64,000 nt of DNA from an uncultured Eubacteriales bacterium (GTDB lineage Bacteria > Bacillota > Clostridia > Oscillospirales > CAG-272): the NCBI GenBank assembly GCA_934481515.1, contig CAKSPO010000004.1, forward strand, positions 2,661 to 66,660, given 5' to 3'. A program made the position numbers and the translations under genes. The notes under the pieces are model-generated. The model was given only the letters and a program-made list of their open reading frames with translations. It searched no databases and was not told where the DNA came from. Shown here in pieces: positions 19,100-29,399 of this stretch (within the stretch, counting starts at the first letter, position 1; each line of letters begins with the position of its first letter).

Positions 19100-19894
19100 A
19101 TGAAACTTCTGATAAAAATACGATACCTCGGAACCGCATATTGCGGCTATCAGGTGCAGCCGCGCGCCGTCAGCGTTCAGCAGAAGCTGAATGAGGCAAC
19201 CCGGGCGCTGTTCGGATACGACTGCGACATTGTCGGATGCAGCCGGACCGACAGCGGCGTACATGCCAACTGCTTCTGCGCGACCGTTGCGAAAAAAGGA
19301 ACGGGAATGCTGGAAACAGCCCTTCCGGCGGAACGGATTCCGCTGGCACTTTCCGCGCATCTTCCGCAGGACATCAGCGTGTTTGACGCCGCGTGGGTGC
19401 CGGATTCCTTTCATGCCAGGTACGATGTGCAGGAAAAGGAATATATCTACCGGTTTTACCAGTCTCCGGTGCGCAATCCCTTTCTGGAGGGACGCGCCCT
19501 GCAGATTCCCAAAGCCTTTTCCGACGATGCATTCCGGCAAATGAACCGTGCGGCAGATGGTTGGCTCGGTTCCCATGATTTCCGCGCGTATATGGCGCAG
19601 GGATCCAAGGTGGTTTCCACGGTGCGGAACGTAACCGTTTCCCGCGTGGAGCGGGAAGAGAACGGAGTTTTTCTCTTTCGCGTCGCCGCCGATGGCTTCC
19701 TTTATAATATGGTGCGGATTATGGCGGGGACGCTTCTGGAGGTCGGACGCGGCAGACTGTCGCCGGAGGAGGTTTTTCGGATCACGGAGAGCGGCGACCG
19801 CACCGCGGCGGGAGCCACGCTTCCTGCCTGCGGGCTTTATCTCAACCGCGTCGCCTACCGGACGTTATCGGAACTGACCTCGCCGGAGCTTTGA
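19100..19894 (+). CDS. truA: tRNA pseudouridine(38-40) synthase TruA
   Basis: MKLLIKIRYLGTAYCGYQVQ and catalytic RTDSGVHA. It is only the 3' part of the supplied 569-aa ORF. Confidence 0.92.
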   Translation: MKLLIKIRYLGTAYCGYQVQPRAVSVQQKLNEATRALFGYDCDIVGCSRTDSGVHANCFCATVAKKGTGMLETALPAERIPLALSAHLPQDISVFDAAWVPDSFHARYDVQEKEYIYRFYQSPVRNPFLEGRALQIPKAFSDDAFRQMNRAADGWLGSHDFRAYMAQGSKVVSTVRNVTVSRVEREENGVFLFRVAADGFLYNMVRIMAGTLLEVGRGRLSPEEVFRITESGDRTAAGATLPACGLYLNRVAYRTLSELTSPEL

Positions 19895-19917
19895 TTCTTT
19901 CGGAAAGGAGCATCGGA

Positions 19918-21129
19918 ATGAAACTGTTTTCCCGTGAAAGAAAAGAAAAAAGAAAACAGGGCTTGCCGGAAGCGCCGCAGAATGCGTACTATGAAGAAAT
20001 TTCGGCACGTCTCGGAATCCTTCAGGTGGTGCTGTATCTGTCGGTTCTGACCTTTGCGGTTCTTTCCTTTGCAACCAACACAAGCCTCATTACCTACCGC
20101 AATTTTTATTATTTTTTCCGGGATCTGAGTGCATCTGCCGAAAAAGTGGATATTTTTGATGCTGATTCGGTAAGCTATCCCATGGAGGAGGAGCAGAGCT
20201 TTTCTCTGTACCGGCGCGGGCTTGCCGTAGCGGGAAATCGGACGGTGACCCTGTTCAGCGCCGCCGGCAGACCGCTTCTGAGCAAGAACATCAGCTATCG
20301 CAGCCCCGTTGCCGTCGGGCACGGAAAGTATCTTCTGGTCTATGAAATGGGAGGTACACAATATTCGCTTTATAATTCCAGCGCACAGCTTCATACGGAA
20401 GAAACCGGGTCTGCCATTTACGGCGCGGCGGTTTCCGACTCCGGAATGTACGCTCTGTTTTTCCGCGGAAAGGATCAGTCCGAGATTCTGCTTTACAATA
20501 ACCGCTTTTCTCTGATCAACCGCTTTCGTCTGAACGGATACGTCATGGATGCTTCCATCGCTTCCGACGGAAGCCGGATTGCCGTTCTGCAATCGGATGT
20601 CTCCGGCGGAATCTATCGCACCCGGCTTCTTTTGGCAACTCCGGGAGCAGAGGATGCCCCGAAGGAAGTATATACGGAAACCTCCATGGGAATTTCCTGC
20701 GCCTTTACTTCTGCCGGAAATGTTGTTGCGCTTTGCACCGAAAAGCTGGTGGTCTGTGATACGGACGGAAAAATAAAAAACGAGTATGATTTTTCAGGAG
20801 CGACACCGGCAGACGCAGATCTCGGTGCGGACGGCGCAGCGCTTCTTTTGAAGCGGAACAATGTTTCCGGAGAAAAAACAAGGATTGTATTTGACAAAGA
20901 CGGAAATGTAGTGTATAATGAAGAAACCACCGAGCCGGTGTCACAGCTGTGCCTGTCGGACGGAATGCTGTTCTGGTTTTCGGACGGGGCTGTCTGCCGC
21001 CGGAACCTGAAAACAGGAGAGACCGATTCGCTTGCCTGTACCACCGACCGGCGAACCTTGATTGCCATTGACGAAAACGAAGTTTTGTGCTGTTCCGGAC
21101 AGAAAGCGGTCTATCTGACCTTTGACTGA
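19918..21129 (+). CDS. uncharacterised single-pass membrane protein with beta-rich (propeller-like) ectodomain
   Basis: Basic N-terminus, one TM (LGILQVVLYLSVLTFAVLSF), then roughly 40-aa repeats rich in G/S/Y/D. AAGGAG Shine-Dalgarno sequence before ATG 19918. Possibly DUF5711-like, from memory only. Confidence 0.6.
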   Translation: MKLFSRERKEKRKQGLPEAPQNAYYEEISARLGILQVVLYLSVLTFAVLSFATNTSLITYRNFYYFFRDLSASAEKVDIFDADSVSYPMEEEQSFSLYRRGLAVAGNRTVTLFSAAGRPLLSKNISYRSPVAVGHGKYLLVYEMGGTQYSLYNSSAQLHTEETGSAIYGAAVSDSGMYALFFRGKDQSEILLYNNRFSLINRFRLNGYVMDASIASDGSRIAVLQSDVSGGIYRTRLLLATPGAEDAPKEVYTETSMGISCAFTSAGNVVALCTEKLVVCDTDGKIKNEYDFSGATPADADLGADGAALLLKRNNVSGEKTRIVFDKDGNVVYNEETTEPVSQLCLSDGMLFWFSDGAVCRRNLKTGETDSLACTTDRRTLIAIDENEVLCCSGQKAVYLTFD

Positions 21130-21163
21130 TTCCGGGCGCTCTTATCTGAAAGGAGTGGACGAT

Positions 21164-21856
21164 ATGCAGGCATCTGTCATCATCGATGTTGTAGCGGTTC
21201 TTGCGATTGCGGGAATCATCTTCCTTTATACCAAGCGCGGACTGATCGGAAGCATTTTCCGCTTTGCCAAGCTGATCATCGCCGTACTGATTTCCCGCTT
21301 TGCGGGACCCTGGGTCGGAGCCAAGCTGAACGAAGCCTTTATCGGGGAAAAAATGTACGGATTTGTTTCCGGAAAAGTCGGGGATCTGTGCGCACAACTG
21401 CCGGACGCGGGCACAGATACCATTGTATCCTCGTTTCCGAAGTTTCTGATGACGGACGAGGTGCGGGAGCGGATTGCTTCCGCGGCGGAAGGACAGGAAG
21501 GGGAAGCTTTCCGTGAGACGGTTTCCCGGAGCATTTCCGAACCGATTGCTTCCGCCGTCTCCAATGTCATCGGCTACCTTCTCGTCTTTCTGATTTCGTT
21601 TGTCCTGCTCACGGTATTGCTGTTTGTCCTGAACCGCGTGATCGACCATATTCCGGTACTCGGAACCGTCAACCATGTGTGCGGTGCAATTCTCGGCGTA
21701 CTGTTTTCTCTGATTCTGTTGCTGATTGTATCGTCGCTTCTGAAGGCGATTTTCCCGGATGCGTATGGTGAAACAACGGTTATCCGGTTTTTCGGAGACT
21801 CCATGCTTCCGACGTTCGGACAGATGTTTGACCTCGGCGGGCTCTGGTTCTCCTGA
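21164..21856 (+). CDS. CvpA family membrane protein
   Basis: N-terminal CvpA-like TM pattern (IIDVVAVLAIAGIIFLYTKRGLIGSIF). AAGGAG Shine-Dalgarno sequence before ATG 21164. Confidence 0.7.
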   Translation: MQASVIIDVVAVLAIAGIIFLYTKRGLIGSIFRFAKLIIAVLISRFAGPWVGAKLNEAFIGEKMYGFVSGKVGDLCAQLPDAGTDTIVSSFPKFLMTDEVRERIASAAEGQEGEAFRETVSRSISEPIASAVSNVIGYLLVFLISFVLLTVLLFVLNRVIDHIPVLGTVNHVCGAILGVLFSLILLLIVSSLLKAIFPDAYGETTVIRFFGDSMLPTFGQMFDLGGLWFS

Positions 21857-21915
21857 CCGCATCGTGCGGTGTATTTGCAAAAGAAAGGATCCGGGCAACC
21901 GGAAAACAATTACTC

Positions 21916-24243
21916 ATGGTCATGTGTTCGCAGTGCCATAAAAGAATGGCAGTGGTCTTTGTTACCAAGATGGAAAACGGGGAGAAAACAACCAAGGGAC
22001 TGTGCCTCAAATGCGCCAAGGAGCTTGGAATCCCGGTGGACAATATGATGGGGAATATGATGGATCAGCTCGGCGTTTCTCCGGAGCAGCTGGAGCACGC
22101 CGAGGATGACATCAATTCCATGCTTGCGGAGCAGATGAAACCGTCTGACTGCGACGATAATGAGGACGGCGGAGCGCCCGCCATCGACCTGCCGAAGCTG
22201 TTCCGCGATGCGGGACTGTTCCAGCAGAAGGATGGAGACGGAGTGCCCGACGCCGCCAGAACAGACGGAAACGACCGCAAAGAGGAGAAAAAGCGTGTCA
22301 AGGAAGAAAAAAAGCTGAAATTCCTCCCGATGTACAGCCGTTGCCTGACCCAGTATGCAAGGGACGGGAAGCTGGACCGGATTGTCGGGCGGGAGCGGGA
22401 GCTTTCGCGCGTGATTCAGATTCTTTGCCGCAGGCAGAAAAACAACCCGTGCCTGATCGGAGAACCCGGCGTCGGAAAAACCGCGATTGCCGAGGCTCTT
22501 GCCATCCGCATCGCCGCGGGGAATGTTCCTTATAAGCTCCGCGGAAAAGAAATTTACCTTCTGGATCTGACCGCACTGGTTGCCGGAACACAATTTCGCG
22601 GTCAGTTTGAATCCAGAATTCTCGGACTTCTGAACGAGGTGCGAAGCGTCGGAAATGCGATCCTTGTCATTGACGAGGTGCATAATATCGTCGGTTCCGG
22701 TGAAGCGGAGGGAAGCGTCAACGCCGCAAATATCCTCAAGCCTGCACTTTCCCGCGGCGAGGTACAGATCATCGGTGCCACAACACTGAACGAGTACCGG
22801 AAGTATATCGAAAAGGATGCCGCGCTGGAGCGCCGCTTTCAGCCGGTCACGGTCAACGAGCCGTCGGTGGAAGAAAGTGTGGAAATGCTTCGCGGGATCA
22901 AGCATTATTACGAGGATTTTCACGGAATCGTGATTCCGGAGTCCGTCCTGCGCCGTACCGTCGTTCTGTCGGAGCGTTATATCACCGACCGCTACCTGCC
23001 GGATAAGGCGATCGACCTTTTGGATGAGGCGGCATCCGCGCTCTCTCTTTCCTCTGCCTCCATCAACGAGTCGTATGAAGTGCGGGACCAATTGCTGGCT
23101 CTGAAGGAAAAGCGGGAAGCGCTGGAGGGGGAAATCGCCGGAAACGAAAAAGCAGAGGAACAACGCTACGAGGAGATCACCAAGCTCCAATCGGAAGAAA
23201 TGCGCCTCTCCGCAAGACTTTCCGCGCTGGAGCCGGAAACGAAAAACGTGACGCTGACCGAAAATGAAATTGCCAATGTCATTGAGCTGTGGACGGGAAT
23301 CCCGGCGACCAGCATCACCGAGAATGAGTTTGCACAGATTGACCAGTTGGAGAACCGTCTGAAAAAGCGGATCATCGGGCAGGATGCCGCAGTGGAAGCG
23401 GTGGCAAAAGCGATCAAGCGCAACCGCGCCGGTATTTCTTACAAGCGCAAACCGGTTTCCTTCATTTTTGCGGGACCGACCGGTGTCGGAAAAACCGAAC
23501 TTGTCAAGACGCTTGCAAACGATCTGTTCCATTCCCCGGAGACGCTGATCCGACTGGATATGTCGGAGTTCATGGAAAAGCATTCGGTGTCCAGAATCAT
23601 CGGAGCGCCTCCCGGATATGTCGGCTACGACGAAGCCGGTCAGCTGACCGAAAAAATCCGCCGCAGACCGTACTCTATCGTCCTGTTTGATGAAATCGAA
23701 AAGGCGCATCCGGACGTACTGAATATCCTCTTGCAGATTCTGGATGACGGAAGAATCACGGATGCAAGCGGAAAGACCGTCAATTTTGAGAATACCGTCA
23801 TTGTAATGACTACCAATGCCGGTTCCGACCATACGGCGGCGACTGCCGGATTTTTCGCGGACGAAGGAACCGCGGAAAACGCGAAGACCCAGAAGGCGCT
23901 GGAGAGCTTCCTCAGACCGGAATTCATCAACCGCGTCGATGAGATTATTACCTTCCGCTCATTGGAAGAGGAAGATTTTGTCCGCATCGCGGCAATCATG
24001 CTGGAAGAACTGAAAACGGCACTGGAAGAGAAGGGAATCATGCTGTCCTATACGGAGCCGGCGCTGCGGAAAATTGCAAGGGCGTCCTTCTCCCGTAAGT
24101 ACGGAGCCAGAAATATGCGGCGGTATCTGCAAAAGGAAGTGGAGGATCCGCTGGCGGAGCAGATCATTGCCGATTACGGAAAGCACTTTACGGCGGCAAA
24201 AATTGACCTTGACGGGGATGTGCTTCGCATTTTCTGCATGTAA
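21916..24243 (+). CDS. clpE: ATP-dependent Clp protease ATP-binding subunit, ClpE type
   Basis: N-terminal CxxC...CxxC zinc finger (CSQCHK...CLKCAKE) replaces the Clp_N repeats. Two AAA modules ([18 protein letters not shown]), a short coiled-coil middle domain, and an AGF tripeptide at the ClpP-docking loop position. Confidence 0.8.
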   Translation: MVMCSQCHKRMAVVFVTKMENGEKTTKGLCLKCAKELGIPVDNMMGNMMDQLGVSPEQLEHAEDDINSMLAEQMKPSDCDDNEDGGAPAIDLPKLFRDAGLFQQKDGDGVPDAARTDGNDRKEEKKRVKEEKKLKFLPMYSRCLTQYARDGKLDRIVGRERELSRVIQILCRRQKNNPCLIGEPGVGKTAIAEALAIRIAAGNVPYKLRGKEIYLLDLTALVAGTQFRGQFESRILGLLNEVRSVGNAILVIDEVHNIVGSGEAEGSVNAANILKPALSRGEVQIIGATTLNEYRKYIEKDAALERRFQPVTVNEPSVEESVEMLRGIKHYYEDFHGIVIPESVLRRTVVLSERYITDRYLPDKAIDLLDEAASALSLSSASINESYEVRDQLLALKEKREALEGEIAGNEKAEEQRYEEITKLQSEEMRLSARLSALEPETKNVTLTENEIANVIELWTGIPATSITENEFAQIDQLENRLKKRIIGQDAAVEAVAKAIKRNRAGISYKRKPVSFIFAGPTGVGKTELVKTLANDLFHSPETLIRLDMSEFMEKHSVSRIIGAPPGYVGYDEAGQLTEKIRRRPYSIVLFDEIEKAHPDVLNILLQILDDGRITDASGKTVNFENTVIVMTTNAGSDHTAATAGFFADEGTAENAKTQKALESFLRPEFINRVDEIITFRSLEEEDFVRIAAIMLEELKTALEEKGIMLSYTEPALRKIARASFSRKYGARNMRRYLQKEVEDPLAEQIIADYGKHFTAAKIDLDGDVLRIFCM

Positions 24244-24273
24244 GAATCCGATTTACAACCTTTCCATGGAAAG

Positions 24274-26979
24274 ATGGTGACTATGGAACAGAGAAATGTC
24301 AGATGGCATCAGATGTCCGCCGAGGCAACTGCTGCCGAACTGCATACCGATGCCGCCTGCGGGCTTTCCCGCAAGGCGGCTTGTTCCCGTTTGAAAAAGA
24401 TCGGTTCCAATACACTTTTTGAAGGAACGGAGAGAGAGGAGCGGAGCGTGACGATGCGCCGTCTCTGGCTGGATCCTGCACTACTGCTGTTCCTTCTTTC
24501 TGCACTTTTTTCTTTGATTTTCGGTGAGTTTCCTCCGGTTCTTGCGGTTGCGGTGCTGTTGCTTGGATGCTTCGGACTGATTTTCCGAAGCATCCGTCGC
24601 CGGAAACAGTTTCAATCCGCAAAGGTAAGGCAGAGAATTCCGTCTGTCTGCGTCATCCGGGATGGGAAAACTTTGCGCATTCCGGCAAGTCAGGTTGTTT
24701 TGGGAGATCTGCTCCTTCTGCGTCAGGGAGACGTTGTCCCGTGCGATTGCAGATTGGTCTTTTCGGAGCGGTTGCGCGTTATGACGCTTCTTCCGGACAG
24801 CCGCGGAAATCCGACATGGAAGCTGTTGCCCAAAAATGCGGAAACCGTTTATCCGTACGGGACAACGGTCGAGGCACCGGACTTTGAAAACATGGTCTAC
24901 GGCGGCTCGGAACTGTACGGCGGGGAAGCGAGAGCCATTGCCGTCCGTACCGGAAAGAATACCTTTCTCGGCAGCATGGAGAGCTTTTCTCTCCCGGCGG
25001 AAGCCATCGGAAAACGAACGGAATTTTCCGAAAAAGTACTTTCTTTTTTAAAATTTTATGGACGGTTTATGCTCGGCTGGGTCTTGGTTGCGGCTGTTGC
25101 GTCTGTTCTGACCTCTCCCGGGGATCGTTCCGTCTTTTCCGCTTTTTTTGCGGTGGGGGCAGTCGCGGCAGGTGCGTCGCCGGTGCTTCTGCGTCTGTAT
25201 CTGTTGGCACCGGTACGATCTGCGGTACACCGGTGCTGCTCCGGAAGCAGACAGAACCGTGTACTGATCCGTTCTGCAAGAGCGGAAGAACGGTTGCCGG
25301 AAATGAGGGAGCTTTTTGTCATCGGACATGGCGGCACATCGGACGGGCGTCTGCATCTGCATGGATGTATCACCGGTATCGGTGTATGGAACCGTGCAGA
25401 CCCGGAGCATTCGGAACCGTCGGTGCTTTCGCCGCTATGCGAGGCATACCATATTTTTGAAGCTTCCTCCGCGTTTCTTCCGGAGAGGGCGGAGAGCGAG
25501 ACTGCGGAAAGCCTTGCTTTTTTACAGGAAATGACCGCGGAATGCGGCTACGATGTCGCGGCGTTGCGGATTCGGCTGACCCGTGCCTTTCGCACCTCAC
25601 ATACGGATGATGCCCTGCAAACCGTGGAGGTACAGACCAAAACAAGAGCCTATCGCTTGCTTTTTGCCGACGGAAGGGAACTTGCAAACGTCTGCAATAC
25701 CTATGCGGACGGCGCAAAGATCTGTGCGATTTCTCCGGAACTGCGACAGAGTCTCCGGGCATTTTGCCATCGTGCGGAGGCAGAAGCGCAGAAGGTGTAC
25801 TGTGTCGCCAGACAGGAGAAAAAGGGGGGAGACCCTGTTTTTATCGGAATGCTTCGTTGCGGCGAATGTATTCTTCCGGACTGTTCCGGTTTGCTCGAAA
25901 AATATCGTAAAAACGGCATCCGGGTGACCTTTTTCCTGAAAGGCGAGCAGGAAACGGAGCGTCGTTACGCAGAAAACTGCAGGCTTCCGGAACCATATTC
26001 GGTATGTACTTCTCCCACGGAATCCGTTTCCGCAGAACGGTTGGAGCAGAGCCGTGTCTGGATCGGATATTCCGGGCAACAGCTTCATGCGCTCTTCCAT
26101 GCGCTTCGGATGCGGAAGCATTCATTTGCCGTTTTGCTGAACGACGCGGAAGATCAGCCGCTGATGCGTTTTGCCTCCACGGTCATTGCCTGCGTTCCTT
26201 GCAGCACCGATCCGTGCCGTCCGTCGACGGAGAACTTTGAGGAGCCATTCGCAAATACCGGCTGTTCCGAGGTGATTCGTCGGCACGGAGATCTTCTGGT
26301 TTCCCGCGCCGGGGAGGGAGGCGGCGGAATTGCTTCCGTCATCCGCGCAATCGGTGAATTGCGCGACGCCGCTCTCCGATATCGGATGCTGTTGTCCTTC
26401 CTGCTGACCTCTCAGGCGGCAAGGCTGTTTGTTGTCACGGTTGCGGCACTTTCCGGAATCGCTTTTCCGACCGCAGTTCAGGTTCTTTTTTCCGGTGTTT
26501 TCACAGAGCTGATTGGTGTACGGCTGTTTTTGTCGGTTCCGCTTTCGGCGTGCGGCTTTCATAAAATTCTGTCAAAACCGGTAACCGTACCGGACAGAAC
26601 AACGTTTCTCCTGCGGCAGATGACTCCGGTCATGGCTTCCGTTGCACTTCCGGTCATTCTGACCGTGATTCTCAAGGCGACCGGTACTTTTACGGAAGGA
26701 GAGGCAACCACCTATCTTTTGATGTCCCTGCTCCTTTCTCAAACCGCAGCCTTGTTTCTCACCCTTCACCTTTTCAACATCTTCCGGGCAACCCGTAAAT
26801 GGATCCTTGCAGGGGCGGCGATTCTGCTTCCGGAAGCCGTTGTCGCAGCGCTTTCCGTTGCATTTCCCGCCTTGCAATCCGCGCTCGGTGCCGCAGGAGG
26901 AAGCATTCTTTCCATGGCACTTCTTCCGCTTTCCCCATTGGCGGCATTGCTCTGCTATTTTCTTTCCCGGCATTTTTGA
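24274..26979 (+). CDS. P-type ATPase homologue with degenerate catalytic motifs (probable pseudo-enzyme)
   Basis: Cation_ATPase_N-like start (SAEATAAELHTDAACGLS), A-domain-like DGKTLRIPASQVVLGDLLLLRQGDVVPCD, and about 10 TM segments. No DKTGT is present (GHGGTSDG at that position), nor TGES, PEGL or TGD. GDGxND is reduced to LLNDAEDQP. Confidence 0.7.
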   Translation: MVTMEQRNVRWHQMSAEATAAELHTDAACGLSRKAACSRLKKIGSNTLFEGTEREERSVTMRRLWLDPALLLFLLSALFSLIFGEFPPVLAVAVLLLGCFGLIFRSIRRRKQFQSAKVRQRIPSVCVIRDGKTLRIPASQVVLGDLLLLRQGDVVPCDCRLVFSERLRVMTLLPDSRGNPTWKLLPKNAETVYPYGTTVEAPDFENMVYGGSELYGGEARAIAVRTGKNTFLGSMESFSLPAEAIGKRTEFSEKVLSFLKFYGRFMLGWVLVAAVASVLTSPGDRSVFSAFFAVGAVAAGASPVLLRLYLLAPVRSAVHRCCSGSRQNRVLIRSARAEERLPEMRELFVIGHGGTSDGRLHLHGCITGIGVWNRADPEHSEPSVLSPLCEAYHIFEASSAFLPERAESETAESLAFLQEMTAECGYDVAALRIRLTRAFRTSHTDDALQTVEVQTKTRAYRLLFADGRELANVCNTYADGAKICAISPELRQSLRAFCHRAEAEAQKVYCVARQEKKGGDPVFIGMLRCGECILPDCSGLLEKYRKNGIRVTFFLKGEQETERRYAENCRLPEPYSVCTSPTESVSAERLEQSRVWIGYSGQQLHALFHALRMRKHSFAVLLNDAEDQPLMRFASTVIACVPCSTDPCRPSTENFEEPFANTGCSEVIRRHGDLLVSRAGEGGGGIASVIRAIGELRDAALRYRMLLSFLLTSQAARLFVVTVAALSGIAFPTAVQVLFSGVFTELIGVRLFLSVPLSACGFHKILSKPVTVPDRTTFLLRQMTPVMASVALPVILTVILKATGTFTEGEATTYLLMSLLLSQTAALFLTLHLFNIFRATRKWILAGAAILLPEAVVAALSVAFPALQSALGAAGGSILSMALLPLSPLAALLCYFLSRHF

Positions 26980-27055
26980 CCGGACAGCCAAGTAAACGCC
27001 ATCTTCCGCATATAATAATGGCAGAATGAACTGCCGGAAGGTGAGGGGATCCTTT

Positions 27056-27346
27056 ATGAAACGATGCAGTACGTCGGATCTGAGAAAGCTGGAGATTATC
27101 AATCTCTGCGACGGCACGAGACTCGGTTACGCCGGAGACTTTGAGTTTGATAAGGATGACGCAAGAATTCTCGCACTGGTTGTGACCGGGAGTTGCGGAA
27201 TTTTCGGGATCGGAAAAGAGGACGATATTATCATTCCCTGGAATAAGATCGAATGCTTTGGGGAAGATACCATTCTGGTACGCCTTTCCCACAATGATCT
27301 TTCCTGCTGCGTCTGTCCGCATCCGAAAGGACGCTATTTCAAATAG
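27056..27346 (+). CDS. ylmC: YlmC/YmxH family sporulation protein (PRC-barrel)
   Basis: DLRKLEIINLCDGTRLGY...IIIPWNKIECFGEDTILV. Start at ATG 27056 after GGTGAGGGG. Confidence 0.8.
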   Translation: MKRCSTSDLRKLEIINLCDGTRLGYAGDFEFDKDDARILALVVTGSCGIFGIGKEDDIIIPWNKIECFGEDTILVRLSHNDLSCCVCPHPKGRYFK

Positions 27347-27387
27347 AAGCAAAAATGTAAAAATAATGTAAACAATCATTTTTCTGC

Positions 27388-27416
27388 TTGCAAAAAAAGA
27401 ATATTTGTAGTAAAAT
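27388..27416 (+). promoter_or_regulatory. sigma-70-type promoter of rpsB-tsf
   Basis: TTGCAA (27388-27393), 17 nt, TAAAAT (27411-27416). Confidence 0.6.
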
Positions 27417-27542
27417 ACAAATACTTGTGCGGATTCGCGCAGGAATCAATACACACACCGGTCGGAAGCCGCATCGGTGCCGCTTTCTGCGGTTGTATGG
27501 CGGCGTGTCACGGTGGTGGAACAACCGAAGGAGGACATGAAA

Positions 27543-28286
27543 ATGTCTGTTATTTCAATTAAGCAGTTGCTGGAAGCAGGTGTCCATTTCGGACATCACA
27601 CCAGAAGATGGAACCCGAAAATGCAGGAGTACATCTTCACCGAAAGAAACGGGATCTATATCATTGATCTTCAGAAGACGGTGAAGAAGTTCGACGAAGC
27701 TTACAACTTTGTCCGTGAGCTTTCCGAGAACAACGGAACCCTCCTGTTTGTCGGAACCAAGAAGCAGGCGGCGGAAGCCATCAAGGAAGAAGCAACCCGT
27801 TGCGGCATGTACTACGTCAACGTCCGGTGGCCGGGCGGAATGATGACCAACTTCAAGACCATCAAGAAGTCCATCAACCGTCTCAACGACCTGTACAAGA
27901 TGCAGGAGGACGGCACCTTTGACCTGCTTCCGAAGAAGGAAGTTGCCGCTATGCAGAAGGAGATTTTCGACCTTGAAAAGAGCTACGGCGGTATCAAGAA
28001 TATGGATCACCTGCCGGATGCCGTATTCATCGTAGACCCTAAGAAGGAAAGAAACGCAGTTCTGGAAGCAAAGAAGCTCGGAATCCCGGTTATCGCGATT
28101 GTTGATACCAACTGCGACCCGGACGATGCCGACTATATCATTCCGGGTAACGATGACGCAATCCGCGCCATCAAGCTGATTTCCTCCGCACTTGCAGATG
28201 CCGTAATCGAGGGCAAGCAGGGCGAGGAGACCGCAGAGGCTCCTGCTGAAACGGCTGAAACCGAAGCGGCAGCGGATGCCGAGTAA
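27543..28286 (+). CDS. rpsB: 30S ribosomal protein S2
   Basis: [36 protein letters not shown] Shine-Dalgarno sequence 8 nt upstream of ATG 27543. Confidence 0.97.
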   Translation: MSVISIKQLLEAGVHFGHHTRRWNPKMQEYIFTERNGIYIIDLQKTVKKFDEAYNFVRELSENNGTLLFVGTKKQAAEAIKEEATRCGMYYVNVRWPGGMMTNFKTIKKSINRLNDLYKMQEDGTFDLLPKKEVAAMQKEIFDLEKSYGGIKNMDHLPDAVFIVDPKKERNAVLEAKKLGIPVIAIVDTNCDPDDADYIIPGNDDAIRAIKLISSALADAVIEGKQGEETAEAPAETAETEAAADAE

Positions 28287-28316
28287 TTCCGATAATTTCT
28301 TGGGAGGATAAGAAAA

Positions 28317-29240
28317 ATGGCTAATATTACGGCAAAAGACGTAGCCGAGCTGCGTAAGAGAACCGGCATCGGCATGATGGAGTGCAAGAAGGCGCTGGTC
28401 GAGGCAGAAGGAGACATGGATGCCGCCATCAAAATTCTGCGCGAGAAGGGCGAGCTGAAGGCGGAGTCCAAAATGGCAACCAGAATTGCCGCAGACGGTA
28501 TCGTTGAGATCCTGAAGGAGGGCAACACCACGGCAATGATCGAGGTGAACTCCGAGACTGACTTTGTCGCCAAGAATGAGAGCTTCAAGGCGTTCGTTAC
28601 CGAGCTGCTCAAGATCATCATCAACCAGAAGCCGGCTGACATCGACGCTTTGCTTGCCTGCAAGTACGATGACGAAATGAACGTCGAAGCAAAGATTAAG
28701 GAAATGATCTTCAAGATCGGCGAAAAGCTGACCGTCCGCCGCTTTGTTGTGGTGGAGGGGATTACCAGCACCTATATTCACGGAAACGGCTCCATCGGTG
28801 TCGTGGTCAAGTTTGATACTGACCTTGCCGACAAGCCGGAGTTCGCGGCATTCGCAAAGAACATCGCACTGCAAATCGGTGCATATGCAACCCCGTACCT
28901 CAACCGTGAGCAGGTTCCCGCTTCCGTTCTGGAAGAAGAGAAGAACATCCTGCTGGCACAGATCGCAAACGATCCTGCCAACGCAAAGAAGCCGGAAGCA
29001 ATCAAGCTGAAGATGGTCGAGGGAAGAATTTCCAAGTTCTATGACAACAATTGCCTTCTGGATATGACCTACGTCAAGGACGAGGACATGAAGGTTGGTC
29101 AGTATGTTGCCGCAAGCGCAAAGGAAATGGGCGGAAAGATCGAAGTTGTCGATTTCTACCGTTACGAAAAGGGCGAGGGCATCCAGAAGAGAGAAGAGAA
29201 CTTCGCGGATGAAATCGCCAAGATGACCGCCGGAAAGTAA
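28317..29240 (+). CDS. tsf: translation elongation factor Ts
   Basis: MANITAKDVAELRKRTGIGMMECKKAL UBA-like N-terminus and EF-Ts dimerisation domain. Confidence 0.97.
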   Translation: MANITAKDVAELRKRTGIGMMECKKALVEAEGDMDAAIKILREKGELKAESKMATRIAADGIVEILKEGNTTAMIEVNSETDFVAKNESFKAFVTELLKIIINQKPADIDALLACKYDDEMNVEAKIKEMIFKIGEKLTVRRFVVVEGITSTYIHGNGSIGVVVKFDTDLADKPEFAAFAKNIALQIGAYATPYLNREQVPASVLEEEKNILLAQIANDPANAKKPEAIKLKMVEGRISKFYDNNCLLDMTYVKDEDMKVGQYVAASAKEMGGKIEVVDFYRYEKGEGIQKREENFADEIAKMTAGK

Positions 29241-29270
29241 GCGGTTCTGAAACTTTTAAAGAATATAAAA

Positions 29271-29305
29271 AAACCGGAAAGCATTTTTCGCTTTCCGGTT
29301 TTTTG
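29271..29305 (+). terminator. rho-independent terminator after tsf
   Basis: ccggaaagc (29274-29282) pairs with gctttccgg (29290-29298), followed by TTTTTT. Confidence 0.85.
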
Positions 29306-29399
29306 TCTGTCGTTGTGTTTCTGCTCTTCCGTTACGGAAAAGGGAGCACACAAGAAAATCGTAAAAAACGCAAAATTCAGATTTATTTACAAAAAAGTG

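Noticed and set aside
21910-23832. Very long antisense ORFs. This 640-aa example lies opposite clpE. Others are 1473..2672, 2904..4331, 4873..6378, 6563..7726, 11602..13374, 15687..17066, 27555..28874, 33519..34970, 34655..36109, 36808..38085, 38107..39192 and 39235..40689.
   Set aside because: Each lies exactly opposite a gene with unmistakable conserved motifs. Their translations are Arg/Gly/His/Pro-rich low-complexity sequence without recognisable motifs or Shine-Dalgarno sequences. Shadow ORFs like these are expected when sense codons avoid TTA, CTA and TCA. I saw no evidence for overlapping genes.
24252-24265. A 14-nt perfect palindrome, CTTTCCATGGAAAG, between clpE and the P-type-like gene.
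   Set aside because: It is short, overlaps the ribosome-binding region and has no T-tract. It is most likely incidental or a weak hairpin.
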